From assembly GCA_964035545.1 (NCBI GenBank), contig OZ037768.1, positions 11,192,741 to 11,256,740 of the forward strand: DNA of 64,000 nucleotides, read 5' to 3'. This document shows positions 37,626-51,948 of this stretch, in pieces. The stretch comes from Bugula neritina (Eukaryota > Animalia > Bryozoa). Made by a program: the position numbers and the translations under genes. The notes under the pieces were generated by a model. That model was given only the letters and a program-made list of their open reading frames with translations, was not told the origin of the DNA and made no database searches. The stretch's first letter is position 1. The number at the start of each line of letters is the position of its first letter.

Positions 37626-37744
37626 AGTCTACAGCACCTGGTATTCCCAGGCGGTCACCCATCCAAGTACTAACCAGGCTCGACGTTGCTTAGCTTCAGT
37701 GATCGGACGAGAACTGGCGTTTTCAACGTGATATGGCCGTAGAC
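37626..37744 (-). rRNA. 5S rRNA copy 42
   Basis: Repeat copy. Confidence 0.98.
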
Positions 37745-38414
37745 AACAGTGCACCCTTCGCAGCGATACTGGCTGAAGAATTAGCGGGGCGCGCTCGAGC
37801 GTGCAAGCACGTTGGTGATGCAGTGGCTGCAGTGCGCATTGCCTACTCACACTCTGCAGGTCACAACACCAGTCATGATATTATTATAGCTTAATGCACA
37901 GCAAAGGTTTAAAATAAGCAGGCCTGAGAGGGGGCAAGACGAGAGTCGCGACACCACGGCACACAACTGGAGAGTTGCGCAAAATCTCCGCGTCACATTC
38001 GTGTGACTTTCAGGATGTGTGCTGTAGCATTGATTGAGATGAGTTTTGAAAGCATTTGCACATGTATATCAGGCAATTTAATTTTGGAATTATTTCAACA
38101 CTGCATTAGAGTTGATTAAATAAAATATTATTCTTGAGAAAGTCTTAAACAATTCTTTTTTGGAATTTGTGAAGCCATGCATCAGAAGAAATTCAAAAAG
38201 AATTTCAAAAATAAAAACATGTAATAAAAAGCAAGAATGATATAATATAATATTATTTTTTGGAAAGGAATGTTAAATATTCCATTTGAGTTAGTGTGTT
38301 GAAAAACATTTCACATCAGCAAGTTGGAAGAAATAATATTCGAGTAACTGATCATAATATTACTATTGCGTGTTGCTAATGTTTTTGTGTTTGAGGAGAG
38401 AAAAAAGAAAAAAA

Positions 38415-38533
38415 AGTCTACAGCACCTGGTATTCCCAGGCGGTCACCCATCCAAGTACTAACCAGGCTCGACGTTGCTTAGCTTCAGTGATCGGACGAG
38501 AACTGGCGTTTTCAACGTGATATGGCCGTAGAC
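38415..38533 (-). rRNA. 5S rRNA copy 43
   Basis: Repeat copy. Confidence 0.98.
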
Positions 38534-39203
38534 AACAGTGCACCCTTCGCAGCGATACTGGCTGAAGAATTAGCGGGGCGCGCTCGAGCGTGCAAGCACG
38601 TTGGTGATGCAGTGGCTGCAGTGCGCATTGCCTACTCACACTCTGCAGGTCACAACACCAGTCATGATATTATTATAGCTTAATGCACAGCAAAGGTTTA
38701 AAATAAGCAGGCCTGAGAGGGGGCAAGACGAGAGTCGCGACACCACGGCACACAACTGGAGAGTTGCGCAAAATCTCCGCGTCACATTCGTGTGACTTTC
38801 AGGATGTGTGCTGTAGCATTGATTGAGATGAGTTTTGAAAGCATTTGCACATGTATATCAGGCAATTTAATTTTGGAATTATTTCAACACTGCATTAGAG
38901 TTGATTAAATAAAATATTATTCTTGAGAAAGTCTTAAACAATTCTTTTTTGGAATTTGTGAAGCCATGCATCAGAAGAAATTCAAAAAGAATTTCAAAAA
39001 TAAAAACATGTAATAAAAAGCAAGAATGATATAATATAATATTATTTTTTGGAAAGGAATGTTAAATATTCCATTTGAGTTAGTGTGTTGAAAAACATTT
39101 CACATCAGCAAGTTGGAAGAAATAATATCCGAGTAACCGATCATAATATTACTATTGCGTGTTGCTAATGTTTTTGTGTTTGAGGAGAGAAAAAAGAAAA
39201 AAA

Positions 39204-39322
39204 AGTCTACAGCACCTGGTATTCCCAGGCGGTCACCCATCCAAGTACTAACCAGGCTCGACGTTGCTTAGCTTCAGTGATCGGACGAGAACTGGCGTTT
39301 TCAACGTGATATGGCCGTAGAC
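39204..39322 (-). rRNA. 5S rRNA copy 44
   Basis: Repeat copy. Confidence 0.98.
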
Positions 39323-39992
39323 AACAGTGCACCCTTCGCAGCGATACTGGCTGAAGAATTAGCGGGGCGCGCTCGAGCGTGCAAGCACGTTGGTGATGCA
39401 GTGGCTGCAGTGCGCATTGCCTACTCACACTCTGCAGGTCACAACACCAGTCATGATATTATTATAGCTTAATGCACAGCAAAGGTTTAAAATAAGCAGG
39501 CCTGAGAGGGGGCAAGACGAGAGTCGCGACACCACGGCACACAACTGGAGAGTTGCGCAAAATCTCCGCGTCACATTCGTGTGACTTTCAGGATGTGTGC
39601 TGTAGCATTGATTGAGATGAGTTTTGAAAGCATTTGCACATGTATATCAGGCAATTTAATTTTGGAATTATTTCAACACTGCATTAGAGTTGATTAAATA
39701 AAATATTATTCTTGAGAAAGTCTTAAACAATTCTTTTTTGGAATTTGTGAAGCCATGCATCAGAAGAAATTCAAAAAGAATTTCAAAAATAAAAACATGT
39801 AATAAAAAGCAAGAATGATATAATATAATATTATTTTTTGGAAAGGAATGTTAAATATTCCATTTGAGTTAGTGTGTTGAAAAACATTTCACATCAGCAA
39901 GTTGGAAGAAATAATATTCGAGTAACTGATCATAATATTACTATTGCGTGTTGCTAATGTTTTTGTGTTTGAGGAGAGAAAAAAGAAAAAAA

Positions 39993-40111
39993 AGTCTACA
40001 GCACCTGGTATTCCCAGGCGGTCACCCATCCAAGTACTAACCAGGCTCGACGTTGCTTAGCTTCAGTGATCGGACGAGAACTGGCGTTTTCAACGTGATA
40101 TGGCCGTAGAC
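39993..40111 (-). rRNA. 5S rRNA copy 45
   Basis: Repeat copy. Confidence 0.98.
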
Positions 40112-40781
40112 AACAGTGCACCCTTCGCAGCGATACTGGCTGAAGAATTAGCGGGGCGCGCTCGAGCGTGCAAGCACGTTGGTGATGCAGTGGCTGCAGT
40201 GCGCATTGCCTACTCACACTCTGCAGGTCACAACACCAGTCATGATATTATTATAGCTTAATGCACAGCAAAGGTTTAAAATAAGCAGGCCTGAGAGGGG
40301 GCAAGACGAGAGTCGCGACACCACGGCACACAACTGGAGAGTTGCGCAAAATCTCCGCGTCACATTCGTGTGACTTTCAGGATGTGTGCTGTAGCATTGA
40401 TTGAGATGAGTTTTGAAAGCATTTGCACATGTATATCAGGCAATTTAATTTTGGAATTATTTCAACACTGCATTAGAGTTGATTAAATAAAATATTATTC
40501 TTGAGAAAGTCTTAAACAATTCTTTTTTGGAATTTGTGAAGCCATGCATCAGAAGAAATTCAAAAAGAATTTCAAAAATAAAAACATGTAATAAAAAGCA
40601 AGAATGATATAATATAATATTATTTTTTGGAAAGGAATGTTAAATATTCCATTTGAGTTAGTGTGTTGAAAAACATTTCACATCAGCAAGTTGGAAGAAA
40701 TAATATCCGAGTAACCGATCATAATATTACTATTGCGTGTTGCTAATGTTTTTGTGTTTGAGGAGAGAAAAAAGAAAAAAA

Positions 40782-40900
40782 AGTCTACAGCACCTGGTAT
40801 TCCCAGGCGGTCACCCATCCAAGTACTAACCAGGCTCGACGTTGCTTAGCTTCAGTGATCGGACGAGAACTGGCGTTTTCAACGTGATATGGCCGTAGAC
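40782..40900 (-). rRNA. 5S rRNA copy 46
   Basis: Repeat copy. Confidence 0.98.
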
Positions 40901-41570
40901 AACAGTGCACCCTTCGCAGCGATACTGGCTGAAGAATTAGCGGGGCGCGCTCGAGCGTGCAAGCACGTTGGTGATGCAGTGGCTGCAGTGCGCATTGCCT
41001 ACTCACACTCTGCAGGTCACAACACCAGTCATGATATTATTATAGCTTAATGCACAGCAAAGGTTTAAAATAAGCAGGCCTGAGAGGGGGCAAGACGAGA
41101 GTCGCGACACCACGGCACACAACTGGAGAGTTGCGCAAAATCTCCGCGTCACATTCGTGTGACTTTCAGGATGTGTGCTGTAGCATTGATTGAGATGAGT
41201 TTTGAAAGCATTTGCACATGTATATCAGGCAATTTAATTTTGGAATTATTTCAACACTGCATTAGAGTTGATTAAATAAAATATTATTCTTGAGAAAGTC
41301 TTAAACAATTCTTTTTTGGATTTTGTGAAGCCATGCATCAGAAGAAATTCAAAAAGAATTTCAAAAATAAAAACATGTAATAAAAAGCAAGAATGATATA
41401 ATATAATATTATTTTTTGGAAAGGAATGTTAAATATTCCATTTGAGTTAGTGTGTTGAAAAACATTTCACATCAGCAAGTTGGAAGAAATAATATTCGAG
41501 TAACTGATCATAATATTACTATTGCGTGTTGCTAATGTTTTTGTGTTTGAGGAGAGAAAAAAGAAAAAAA

Positions 41571-41689
41571 AGTCTACAGCACCTGGTATTCCCAGGCGGT
41601 CACCCATCCAAGTACTTACCAGGCTCGACGTTGCTTAGCTTCAGTGATCGGACGAGAACTGGCGTTTTCAACGTGATATGGCCGTAGAC
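41571..41689 (-). rRNA. 5S rRNA copy 47 (U73A)
   Basis: Repeat copy, agtacttacc (SNP at 41617). Confidence 0.95.
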
Positions 41690-42359
41690 AACAGTGCACC
41701 CTTCGCAGCGATACTGGCTGAAGAATTAGCGGGGCGCGCTCGAGCGTGCAAGCACGTTGGTGATGCAGTGGCTGCAGTGCGCATTGCCTACTCACACTCT
41801 GCAGGTCACAACACCAGTCATGATATTATTATAGCTTAATGCACAGCAAAGGTTTAAAATAAGCAGGCCTGAGAGGGGGCAAGACGAGAGTCGCGACACC
41901 ACGGCACACAACTGGAGAGTTGCGCAAAATCTCCGCGTCACATTCGTGTGACTTTCAGGATGTGTGCTGTAGCATTGATTGAGATGAGTTTTGAAAGCAT
42001 TTGCACATGTATATCAGGCAATTTAATTTTGGAATTATTTCAACACTGCATTAGAGTTGATTAAATAAAATATTATTCTTGAGAAAGTCTTAAACAATTC
42101 TTTTTTGGAATTTGTGAAGCCATGCATCAGAAGAAATTCAAAAAGAATTTCAAAAATAAAAACATGTAATAAAAAGCAAGAATGATATAATATAATATTA
42201 TTTTTTGGAAAGGAATGTTAAATATTCCATTTGAGTTAGTGTGTTGAAAAACATTTCACATCAGCAAGTTGGAAGAAATAATATCCGAGTAACCGATCAT
42301 AATATTACTATTGCGTGTTGCTAATGTTTTTGTGTTTGAGGAGAGAAAAAAGAAAAAAA

Positions 42360-42478
42360 AGTCTACAGCACCTGGTATTCCCAGGCGGTCACCCATCCAA
42401 GTACTAACCAGGCTCGACGTTGCTTAGCTTCAGTGATCGGACGAGAACTGGCGTTTTCAACGTGATATGGCCGTAGAC
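42360..42478 (-). rRNA. 5S rRNA copy 48
   Basis: Repeat copy. Confidence 0.98.
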
Positions 42479-43148
42479 AACAGTGCACCCTTCGCAGCGA
42501 TACTGGCTGAAGAATTAGCGGGGCGCGCTCGAGCGTGCAAGCACGTTGGTGATGCAGTGGCTGCAGTGCGCATTGCCTACTCACACTCTGCAGGTCACAA
42601 CACCAGTCATGATATTATTATAGCTTAATGCACAGCAAAGGTTTAAAATAAGCAGGCCTGAGAGGGGGCAAGACGAGAGTCGCGACACCACGGCACACAA
42701 CTGGAGAGTTGCGCAAAATCTCCGCGTCACATTCGTGTGACTTTCAGGATGTGTGCTGTAGCATTGATTGAGATGAGTTTTGAAAGCATTTGCACATGTA
42801 TATCAGGCAATTTAATTTTGGAATTATTTCAACACTGCATTAGAGTTGATTAAATAAAATATTATTCTTGAGAAAGTCTTAAACAATTCTTTTTTGGAAT
42901 TTGTGAAGCCATGCATCAGAAGAAATTCAAAAAGAATTTCAAAAATAAAAACATGTAATAAAAAGCAAGAATGATATAATATAATATTATTTTTTGGAAA
43001 GGAATGTTAAATATTCCATTTGAGTTAGTGTGTTGAAAAACATTTCACATCAGCAAGTTGGAAGAAATAATATTCGAGTAACTGATCATAATATTACTAT
43101 TGCGTGTTGCTAATGTTTTTGTGTTTGAGGAGAGAAAAAAGAAAAAAA

Positions 43149-43267
43149 AGTCTACAGCACCTGGTATTCCCAGGCGGTCACCCATCCAAGTACTAACCAG
43201 GCTCGACGTTGCTTAGCTTCAGTGATCGGACGAGAACTGGCGTTTTCAACGTGATATGGCCGTAGAC
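43149..43267 (-). rRNA. 5S rRNA copy 49
   Basis: Repeat copy. Confidence 0.98.
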
Positions 43268-43937
43268 AACAGTGCACCCTTCGCAGCGATACTGGCTGAA
43301 GAATTAGCGGGGCGCGCTCGAGCGTGCAAGCACGTTGGTGATGCAGTGGCTGCAGTGCGCATTGCCTACTCACACTCTGCAGGTCACAACACCAGTCATG
43401 ATATTATTATAGCTTAATGCACAGCAAAGGTTTAAAATAAGCAGGCCTGAGAGGGGGCAAGACGAGAGTCGCGACACCACGGCACACAACTGGAGAGTTG
43501 CGCAAAATCTCCGCGTCACATTCGTGTGACTTTCAGGATGTGTGCTGTAGCATTGATTGAGATGAGTTTTGAAAGCATTTGCACATGTATATCAGGCAAT
43601 TTAATTTTGGAATTATTTCAACACTGCATTAGAGTTGATTAAATAAAATATTATTCTTGAGAAAGTCTTAAACAATTCTTTTTTGGAATTTGTGAAGCCA
43701 TGCATCAGAAGAAATTCAAAAAGAATTTCAAAAATAAAAACATGTAATAAAAAGCAAGAATGATATAATATAATATTATTTTTTGGAAAGGAATGTTAAA
43801 TATTCCATTTGAGTTAGTGTGTTGAAAAACATTTCACATCAGCAAGTTGGAAGAAATAATATTCGAGTAACTGATCATAATATTACTATTGCGTGTTGCT
43901 AATGTTTTTGTGTTTGAGGAGAGAAAAAAGAAAAAAA

Positions 43938-44056
43938 AGTCTACAGCACCTGGTATTCCCAGGCGGTCACCCATCCAAGTACTAACCAGGCTCGACGTTG
44001 CTTAGCTTCAGTGATCGGACGAGAACTGGCGTTTTCAACGTGATATGGCCGTAGAC
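43938..44056 (-). rRNA. 5S rRNA copy 50
   Basis: Repeat copy. Confidence 0.98.
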
Positions 44057-44726
44057 AACAGTGCACCCTTCGCAGCGATACTGGCTGAAGAATTAGCGGG
44101 GCGCGCTCGAGCGTGCAAGCACGTTGGTGATGCAGTGGCTGCAGTGCGCATTGCCTACTCACACTCTGCAGGTCACAACACCAGTCATGATATTATTATA
44201 GCTTAATGCACAGCAAAGGTTTAAAATAAGCAGGCCTGAGAGGGGGCAAGACGAGAGTCGCGACACCACGGCACACAACTGGAGAGTTGCGCAAAATCTC
44301 CGCGTCACATTCGTGTGACTTTCAGGATGTGTGCTGTAGCATTGATTGAGATGAGTTTTGAAAGCATTTGCACATGTATATCAGGCAATTTAATTTTGGA
44401 ATTATTTCAACACTGCATTAGAGTTGATTAAATAAAATATTATTCTTGAGAAAGTCTTAAACAATTCTTTTTTGGAATTTGTGAAGCCATGCATCAGAAG
44501 AAATTCAAAAAGAATTTCAAAAATAAAAACATGTAATAAAAAGCAAGAATGATATAATATAATATTATTTTTTGGAAAGGAATGTTAAATATTCCATTTG
44601 AGTTAGTGTGTTGAAAAACATTTCACATCAGCAAGTTGGAAGAAATAATATTCGAGTAACTGATCATAATATTACTATTGCGTGTTGCTAATGTTTTTGT
44701 GTTTGAGGAGAGAAAAAAGAAAAAAA

Positions 44727-44845
44727 AGTCTACAGCACCTGGTATTCCCAGGCGGTCACCCATCCAAGTACTAACCAGGCTCGACGTTGCTTAGCTTCAG
44801 TGATCGGACGAGAACTGGCGTTTTCAACGTGATATGGCCGTAGAC
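44727..44845 (-). rRNA. 5S rRNA copy 51
   Basis: Repeat copy. Confidence 0.98.
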
Positions 44846-45515
44846 AACAGTGCACCCTTCGCAGCGATACTGGCTGAAGAATTAGCGGGGCGCGCTCGAG
44901 CGTGCAAGCACGTTGGTGATGCAGTGGCTGCAGTGCGCATTGCCTACTCACACTCTGCAGGTCACAACACCAGTCATGATATTATTATAGCTTAATGCAC
45001 AGCAAAGGTTTAAAATAAGCAGGCCTGAGAGGGGGCAAGACGAGAGTCGCGACACCACGGCACACAACCGGAGAGTTGCGCAAAATCTCCGCGTCACATT
45101 CGTGTGACTTTCAGGATGTGTGCTGTAGCATTGATTGAGATGAGTTTTGAAAGCATTTGCACATGTATATCAGGCAATTTAATTTTGGAATTATTTCAAC
45201 ACTGCATTAGAGTTGATTAAATAAAATATTATTCTTGAGAAAGTCTTAAACAATTCTTTTTTGGATTTTGTGAAGCCATGCATCAGAAGAAATTCAAAAA
45301 GAATTTCAAAAATAAAAACATGTAATAAAAAGCAAGAATGATATAATATAATATTATTTTTTGGAAAGGAATGTTAAATATTCCATTTGAGTTAGTGTGT
45401 TGAAAAACATTTCACATCAGCAAGTTGGAAGAAATAATATTCGAGTAACTGATCATAATATTACTATTGCGTGTTGCTAATGTTTTTGTGTTTGAGGAGA
45501 GAAAAAAGAAAAAAA

Positions 45516-45634
45516 AGTCTACAGCACCTGGTATTCCCAGGCGGTCACCCATCCAAGTACTAACCAGGCTCGACGTTGCTTAGCTTCAGTGATCGGACGA
45601 GAACTGGCGTTTTCAACGTGATATGGCCGTAGAC
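45516..45634 (-). rRNA. 5S rRNA copy 52
   Basis: Repeat copy. Confidence 0.98.
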
Positions 45635-46304
45635 AACAGTGCACCCTTCGCAGCGATACTGGCTGAAGAATTAGCGGGGCGCGCTCGAGCGTGCAAGCAC
45701 GTTGGTGATGCAGTGGCTGCAGTGCGCATTGCCTACTCACACTCTGCAGGTCACAACACCAGTCATGATATTATTATAGCTTAATGCACAGCAAAGGTTT
45801 AAAATAAGCAGGCCTGAGAGGGGGCAAGACGAGAGTCGCGACACCACGGCACACAACTGGAGAGTTGCGCAAAATCTCCGCGTCACATTCGTGTGACTTT
45901 CAGGATGTGTGCTGTAGCATTGATTGAGATGAGTTTTGAAAGCATTTGCACATGTATATCAGGCAATTTAATTTTGGAATTATTTCAACACTGCATTAGA
46001 GTTGATTAAATAAAATATTATTCTTGAGAAAGTCTTAAACAATTCTTTTTTGGAATTTGTGAAGCCATGCATCAGAAGAAATTCAAAAAGAATTTCAAAA
46101 ATAAAAACATGTAATAAAAAGCAAGAATGATATAATATAATATTATTTTTTGGAAAGGAATGTTAAATATTCCATTTGAGTTAGTGTGTTGAAAAACATT
46201 TCACATCAGCAAGTTGGAAGAAATAATATCCGAGTAACCGATCATAATATTACTATTGCGTGTTGCTAATGTTTTTGTGTTTGAGGAGAGAAAAAAGAAA
46301 AAAA

Positions 46305-46423
46305 AGTCTACAGCACCTGGTATTCCCAGGCGGTCACCCATCCAAGTACTAACCAGGCTCGACGTTGCTTAGCTTCAGTGATCGGACGAGAACTGGCGTT
46401 TTCAACGTGATATGGCCGTAGAC
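46305..46423 (-). rRNA. 5S rRNA copy 53
   Basis: Repeat copy. Confidence 0.98.
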
Positions 46424-47093
46424 AACAGTGCACCCTTCGCAGCGATACTGGCTGAAGAATTAGCGGGGCGCGCTCGAGCGTGCAAGCACGTTGGTGATGC
46501 AGTGGCTGCAGTGCGCATTGCCTACTCACACTCTGCAGGTCACAACACCAGTCATGATATTATTATAGCTTAATGCACAGCAAAGGTTTAAAATAAGCAG
46601 GCCTGAGAGGGGGCAAGACGAGAGTCGCGACACCACGGCACACAACTGGAGAGTTGCGCAAAATCTCCGCGTCACATTCGTGTGACTTTCAGGATGTGTG
46701 CTGTAGCATTGATTGAGATGAGTTTTGAAAGCATTTGCACATGTATATCAGGCAATTTAATTTTGGAATTATTTCAACACTGCATTAGAGTTGATTAAAT
46801 AAAATATTATTCTTGAGAAAGTCTTAAACAATTCTTTTTTGGAATTTGTGAAGCCATGCATCAGAAGAAATTCAAAAAGAATTTCAAAAATAAAAACATG
46901 TAATAAAAAGCAAGAATGATATAATATAATATTATTTTTTGGAAAGGAATGTTAAATATTCCATTTGAGTTAGTGTGTTGAAAAACATTTCACATCAGCA
47001 AGTTGGAAGAAATAATATTCGAGTAACTGATCATAATATTACTATTGCGTGTTGCTAATGTTTTTGTGTTTGAGGAGAGAAAAAAGAAAAAAA

Positions 47094-47212
47094 AGTCTAC
47101 AGCACCTGGTATTCCCAGGCGGTCACCCATCCAAGTACTAACCAGGCTCGACGTTGCTTAGCTTCAGTGATCGGACGAGAACTGGCGTTTTCAACGTGAT
47201 ATGGCCGTAGAC
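47094..47212 (-). rRNA. 5S rRNA copy 54
   Basis: Repeat copy. Confidence 0.98.
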
Positions 47213-47882
47213 AACAGTGCACCCTTCGCAGCGATACTGGCTGAAGAATTAGCGGGGCGCGCTCGAGCGTGCAAGCACGTTGGTGATGCAGTGGCTGCAG
47301 TGCGCATTGCCTACTCACACTCTGCAGGTCACAACACCAGTCATGATATTATTATAGCTTAATGCACAGCAAAGGTTTAAAATAAGCAGGCCTGAGAGGG
47401 GGCAAGACGAGAGTCGCGACACCACGGCACACAACTGGAGAGTTGCGCAAAATCTCCGCGTCACATTCGTGTGACTTTCAGGATGTGTGCTGTAGCATTG
47501 ATTGAGATGAGTTTTGAAAGCATTTGCACATGTATATCAGGCAATTTAATTTTGGAATTATTTCAACACTGCATTAGAGTTGATTAAATAAAATATTATT
47601 CTTGAGAAAGTCTTAAACAATTCTTTTTTGGAATTTGTGAAGCCATGCATCAGAAGAAATTCAAAAAGAATTTCAAAAATAAAAACATGTAATAAAAAGC
47701 AAGAATGATATAATATAATATTATTTTTTGGAAAGGAATGTTAAATATTCCATTTGAGTTAGTGTGTTGAAAAACATTTCACATCAGCAAGTTGGAAGAA
47801 ATAATATTCGAGTAACTGATCATAATATTACTATTGCGTGTTGCTAATGTTTTTGTGTTTGAGGAGAGAAAAAAGAAAAAAA

Positions 47883-48001
47883 AGTCTACAGCACCTGGTA
47901 TTCCCAGGCGGTCACCCATCCAAGTACTAACCAGGCTCGACGTTGCTTAGCTTCAGTGATCGGACGAGAACTGGCGTTTTCAACGTGATATGGCCGTAGA
48001 C
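47883..48001 (-). rRNA. 5S rRNA copy 55
   Basis: Repeat copy. Confidence 0.98.
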
Positions 48002-48671
48002 AACAGTGCACCCTTCGCAGCGATACTGGCTGAAGAATTAGCGGGGCGCGCTCGAGCGTGCAAGCACGTTGGTGATGCAGTGGCTGCAGTGCGCATTGCC
48101 TACTCACACTCTGCAGGTCACAACACCAGTCATGATATTATTATAGCTTAATGCACAGCAAAGGTTTAAAATAAGCAGGCCTGAGAGGGGGCAAGACGAG
48201 AGTCGCGACACCACGGCACACAACTGGAGAGTTGCGCAAAATCTCCGCGTCACATTCGTGTGACTTTCAGGATGTGTGCTGTAGCATTGATTGAGATGAG
48301 TTTTGAAAGCATTTGCACATGTATATCAGGCAATTTAATTTTGGAATTATTTCAACACTGCATTAGAGTTGATTAAATAAAATATTATTCTTGAGAAAGT
48401 CTTAAACAATTCTTTTTTGGAATTTGTGAAGCCATGCATCAGAAGAAATTCAAAAAGAATTTCAAAAATAAAAACATGTAATAAAAAGCAAGAATGATAT
48501 AATATAATATTATTTTTTGGAAAGGAATGTTAAATATTCCATTTGAGTTAGTGTGTTGAAAAACATTTCACATCAGCAAGTTGGAAGAAATAATATTCGA
48601 GTAACTGATCATAATATTACTATTGCGTGTTGCTAATGTTTTTGTGTTTGAGGAGAGAAAAAAGAAAAAAA

Positions 48672-48790
48672 AGTCTACAGCACCTGGTATTCCCAGGCGG
48701 TCACCCATCCAAGTACTAACCAGGCTCGACGTTGCTTAGCTTCAGTGATCGGACGAGAACTGGCGTTTTCAACGTGATATGGCCGTAGAC
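48672..48790 (-). rRNA. 5S rRNA copy 56
   Basis: Repeat copy. Confidence 0.98.
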
Positions 48791-49460
48791 AACAGTGCAC
48801 CCTTCGCAGCGATACTGGCTGAAGAATTAGCGGGGCGCGCTCGAGCGTGCAAGCACGTTGGTGATGCAGTGGCTGCAGTGCGCATTGCCTACTCACACTC
48901 TGCAGGTCACAACACCAGTCATGATATTATTATAGCTTAATGCACAGCAAAGGTTTAAAATAAGCAGGCCTGAGAGGGGGCAAGACGAGAGTCGCGACAC
49001 CACGGCACACAACTGGAGAGTTGCGCAAAATCTCCGCGTCACATTCGTGTGACTTTCAGGATGTGTGCTGTAGCATTGATTGAGATGAGTTTTGAAAGCA
49101 TTTGCACATGTATATCAGGCAATTTAATTTTGGAATTATTTCAACACTGCATTAGAGTTGATTAAATAAAATATTATTCTTGAGAAAGTCTTAAACAATT
49201 CTTTTTTGGAATTTGTGAAGCCATGCATCAGAAGAAATTCAAAAAGAATTTCAAAAATAAAAACATGTAATAAAAAGCAAGAATGATATAATATAATATT
49301 ATTTTTTGGAAAGGAATGTTAAATATTCCATTTGAGTTAGTGTGTTGAAAAACATTTCACATCAGCAAGTTGGAAGAAATAATATTCGAGTAACTGATCA
49401 TAATATTACTATTGCGTGTTGCTAATGTTTTTGTGTTTGAGGAGAGAAAAAAGAAAAAAA

Positions 49461-49579
49461 AGTCTACAGCACCTGGTATTCCCAGGCGGTCACCCATCCA
49501 AGTACTAACCAGGCTCGACGTTGCTTAGCTTCAGTGATCGGACGAGAACTGGCGTTTTCAACGTGATATGGCCGTAGAC
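49461..49579 (-). rRNA. 5S rRNA copy 57
   Basis: Repeat copy. Confidence 0.98.
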
Positions 49580-50249
49580 AACAGTGCACCCTTCGCAGCG
49601 ATACTGGCTGAAGAATTAGCGGGGCGCGCTCGAGCGTGCAAGCACGTTGGTGATGCAGTGGCTGCAGTGCGCATTGCCTACTCACACTCTGCAGGTCACA
49701 ACACCAGTCATGATATTATTATAGCTTAATGCACAGCAAAGGTTTAAAATAAGCAGGCCTGAGAGGGGGCAAGACGAGAGTCGCGACACCACGGCACACA
49801 ACTGGAGAGTTGCGCAAAATCTCCGCGTCACATTCGTGTGACTTTCAGGATGTGTGCTGTAGCATTGATTGAGATGAGTTTTGAAAGCATTTGCACATGT
49901 ATATCAGGCAATTTAATTTTGGAATTATTTCAACACTGCATTAGAGTTGATTAAATAAAATATTATTCTTGAGAAAGTCTTAAACAATTCTTTTTTGGAA
50001 TTTGTGAAGCCATGCATCAGAAGAAATTCAAAAAGAATTTCAAAAATAAAAACATGTAATAAAAAGCAAGAATGATATAATATAATATTATTTTTTGGAA
50101 AGGAATGTTAAATATTCCATTTGAGTTAGTGTGTTGAAAAACATTTCACATCAGCAAGTTGGAAGAAATAATATCCGAGTAACCGATCATAATATTACTA
50201 TTGCGTGTTGCTAATGTTTTTGTGTTTGAGGAGAGAAAAAAGAAAAAAA

Positions 50250-50368
50250 AGTCTACAGCACCTGGTATTCCCAGGCGGTCACCCATCCAAGTACTAACCA
50301 GGCTCGACGTTGCTTAGCTTCAGTGATCGGACGAGAACTGGCGTTTTCAACGTGATATGGCCGTAGAC
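50250..50368 (-). rRNA. 5S rRNA copy 58
   Basis: Repeat copy. Confidence 0.98.
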
Positions 50369-51040
50369 AACAGTGCACCCTTCGCAGCGATACTGGCTGA
50401 AGAATTAGCGGGGCGCGCTCGAGCGTGCAAGCACGTTGGTGATGCAGTGGCTGCAGTGCGCATTGCCTACTCACACTCTGCAGGTCACAACACCAGTCAT
50501 GATATTATTATAGCTTAATGCACAGCAAAGGTTTAAAATAAGCAGGCCTGAGAGGGGGCAAGACGAGAGTCGCGACACCACGGCACACAACCGGAGAGTT
50601 GCGCAAAATCTCCGCGTCACATTCGTGTGACTTTCAGGATGTGTGCTGTAGCATTGATTGAGATGAGTTTTGAAAGCATTTGCACATGTATATCAGGCAA
50701 TTTAATTTTGGAATTATTTCAACACTGCGCATTAGAGTTGATTAAATAAAATATTATTCTTGAGAAAGTCTTAACCAATTCTTTTTTGGAATTTGTGAAG
50801 CCATGCATCAGAAGAAATTCAAAAAGAATTTCAAAAATAAAAACATGTAATAAAAAGCAAGAATGATATAATATAATATTATTTTTTGGAAAGGAATGTT
50901 AAATATTCCATTTGAGTTAGTGCGTTGAAAAACATTTCACATCAGCAAGTTGGAAGAAATAATATTCAAGTAACTGATCATAATATTACTATTGCGTGTT
51001 GCTAATGTTTTTGTGTTTGAGGAGAGAAAAAAGAAAAAAA

Positions 51041-51159
51041 AGTCTACAGCACCTGGTATTCCCAGGCGGTCACCCATCCAAGTACTAACCAGGCTCGACG
51101 TTGCTTAGCTTCAGTGATCGGACGAGAACTGGCGTTTTCAACGTGATATGGCCGTAGAC
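51041..51159 (-). rRNA. 5S rRNA copy 59
   Basis: Repeat copy. Confidence 0.98.
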
Positions 51160-51829
51160 AACAGTGCACCCTTCGCAGCGATACTGGCTGAAGAATTAGC
51201 GGGGCGCGCTCGAGCGTGCAAGCACGTTGGTGATGCAGTGGCTGCAGTGCGCATTGCCTACTCACACTCTGCAGGTCACAACACCAGTCATGATATTATT
51301 ATAGCTTAATGCACAGCAAAGGTTTAAAATAAGCAGGCCTGAGAGGGGGCAAGACGAGAGTCGCGACACCACGGCACACAACTGGAGAGTTGCGCAAAAT
51401 CTCCGCGTCACATTCGTGTGACTTTCAGGATGTGTGCTGTAGCATTGATTGAGATGAGTTTTGAAAGCATTTGCACATGTATATCAGGCAATTTAATTTT
51501 GGAATTATTTCAACACTGCATTAGAGTTGATTAAATAAAATATTATTCTTGAGAAAGTCTTAAACAATTCTTTTTTGGAATTTGTGAAGCCATGCATCAG
51601 AAGAAATTCAAAAAGAATTTCAAAAATAAAAACATGTAATAAAAAGCAAGAATGATATAATATAATATTATTTTTTGGAAAGGAATGTTAAATATTCCAT
51701 TTGAGTTAGTGTGTTGAAAAACATTTCACATCAGCAAGTTGGAAGAAATAATATTCGAGTAACTGATCATAATATTACTATTGCGTGTTGCTAATGTTTT
51801 TGTGTTTGAGGAGAGAAAAAAGAAAAAAA

Positions 51830-51948
51830 AGTCTACAGCACCTGGTATTCCCAGGCGGTCACCCATCCAAGTACTAACCAGGCTCGACGTTGCTTAGCTT
51901 CAGTGATCGGACGAGAACTGGCGTTTTCAACGTGATATGGCCGTAGAC
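51830..51948 (-). rRNA. 5S rRNA copy 60
   Basis: Repeat copy. Confidence 0.98.
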
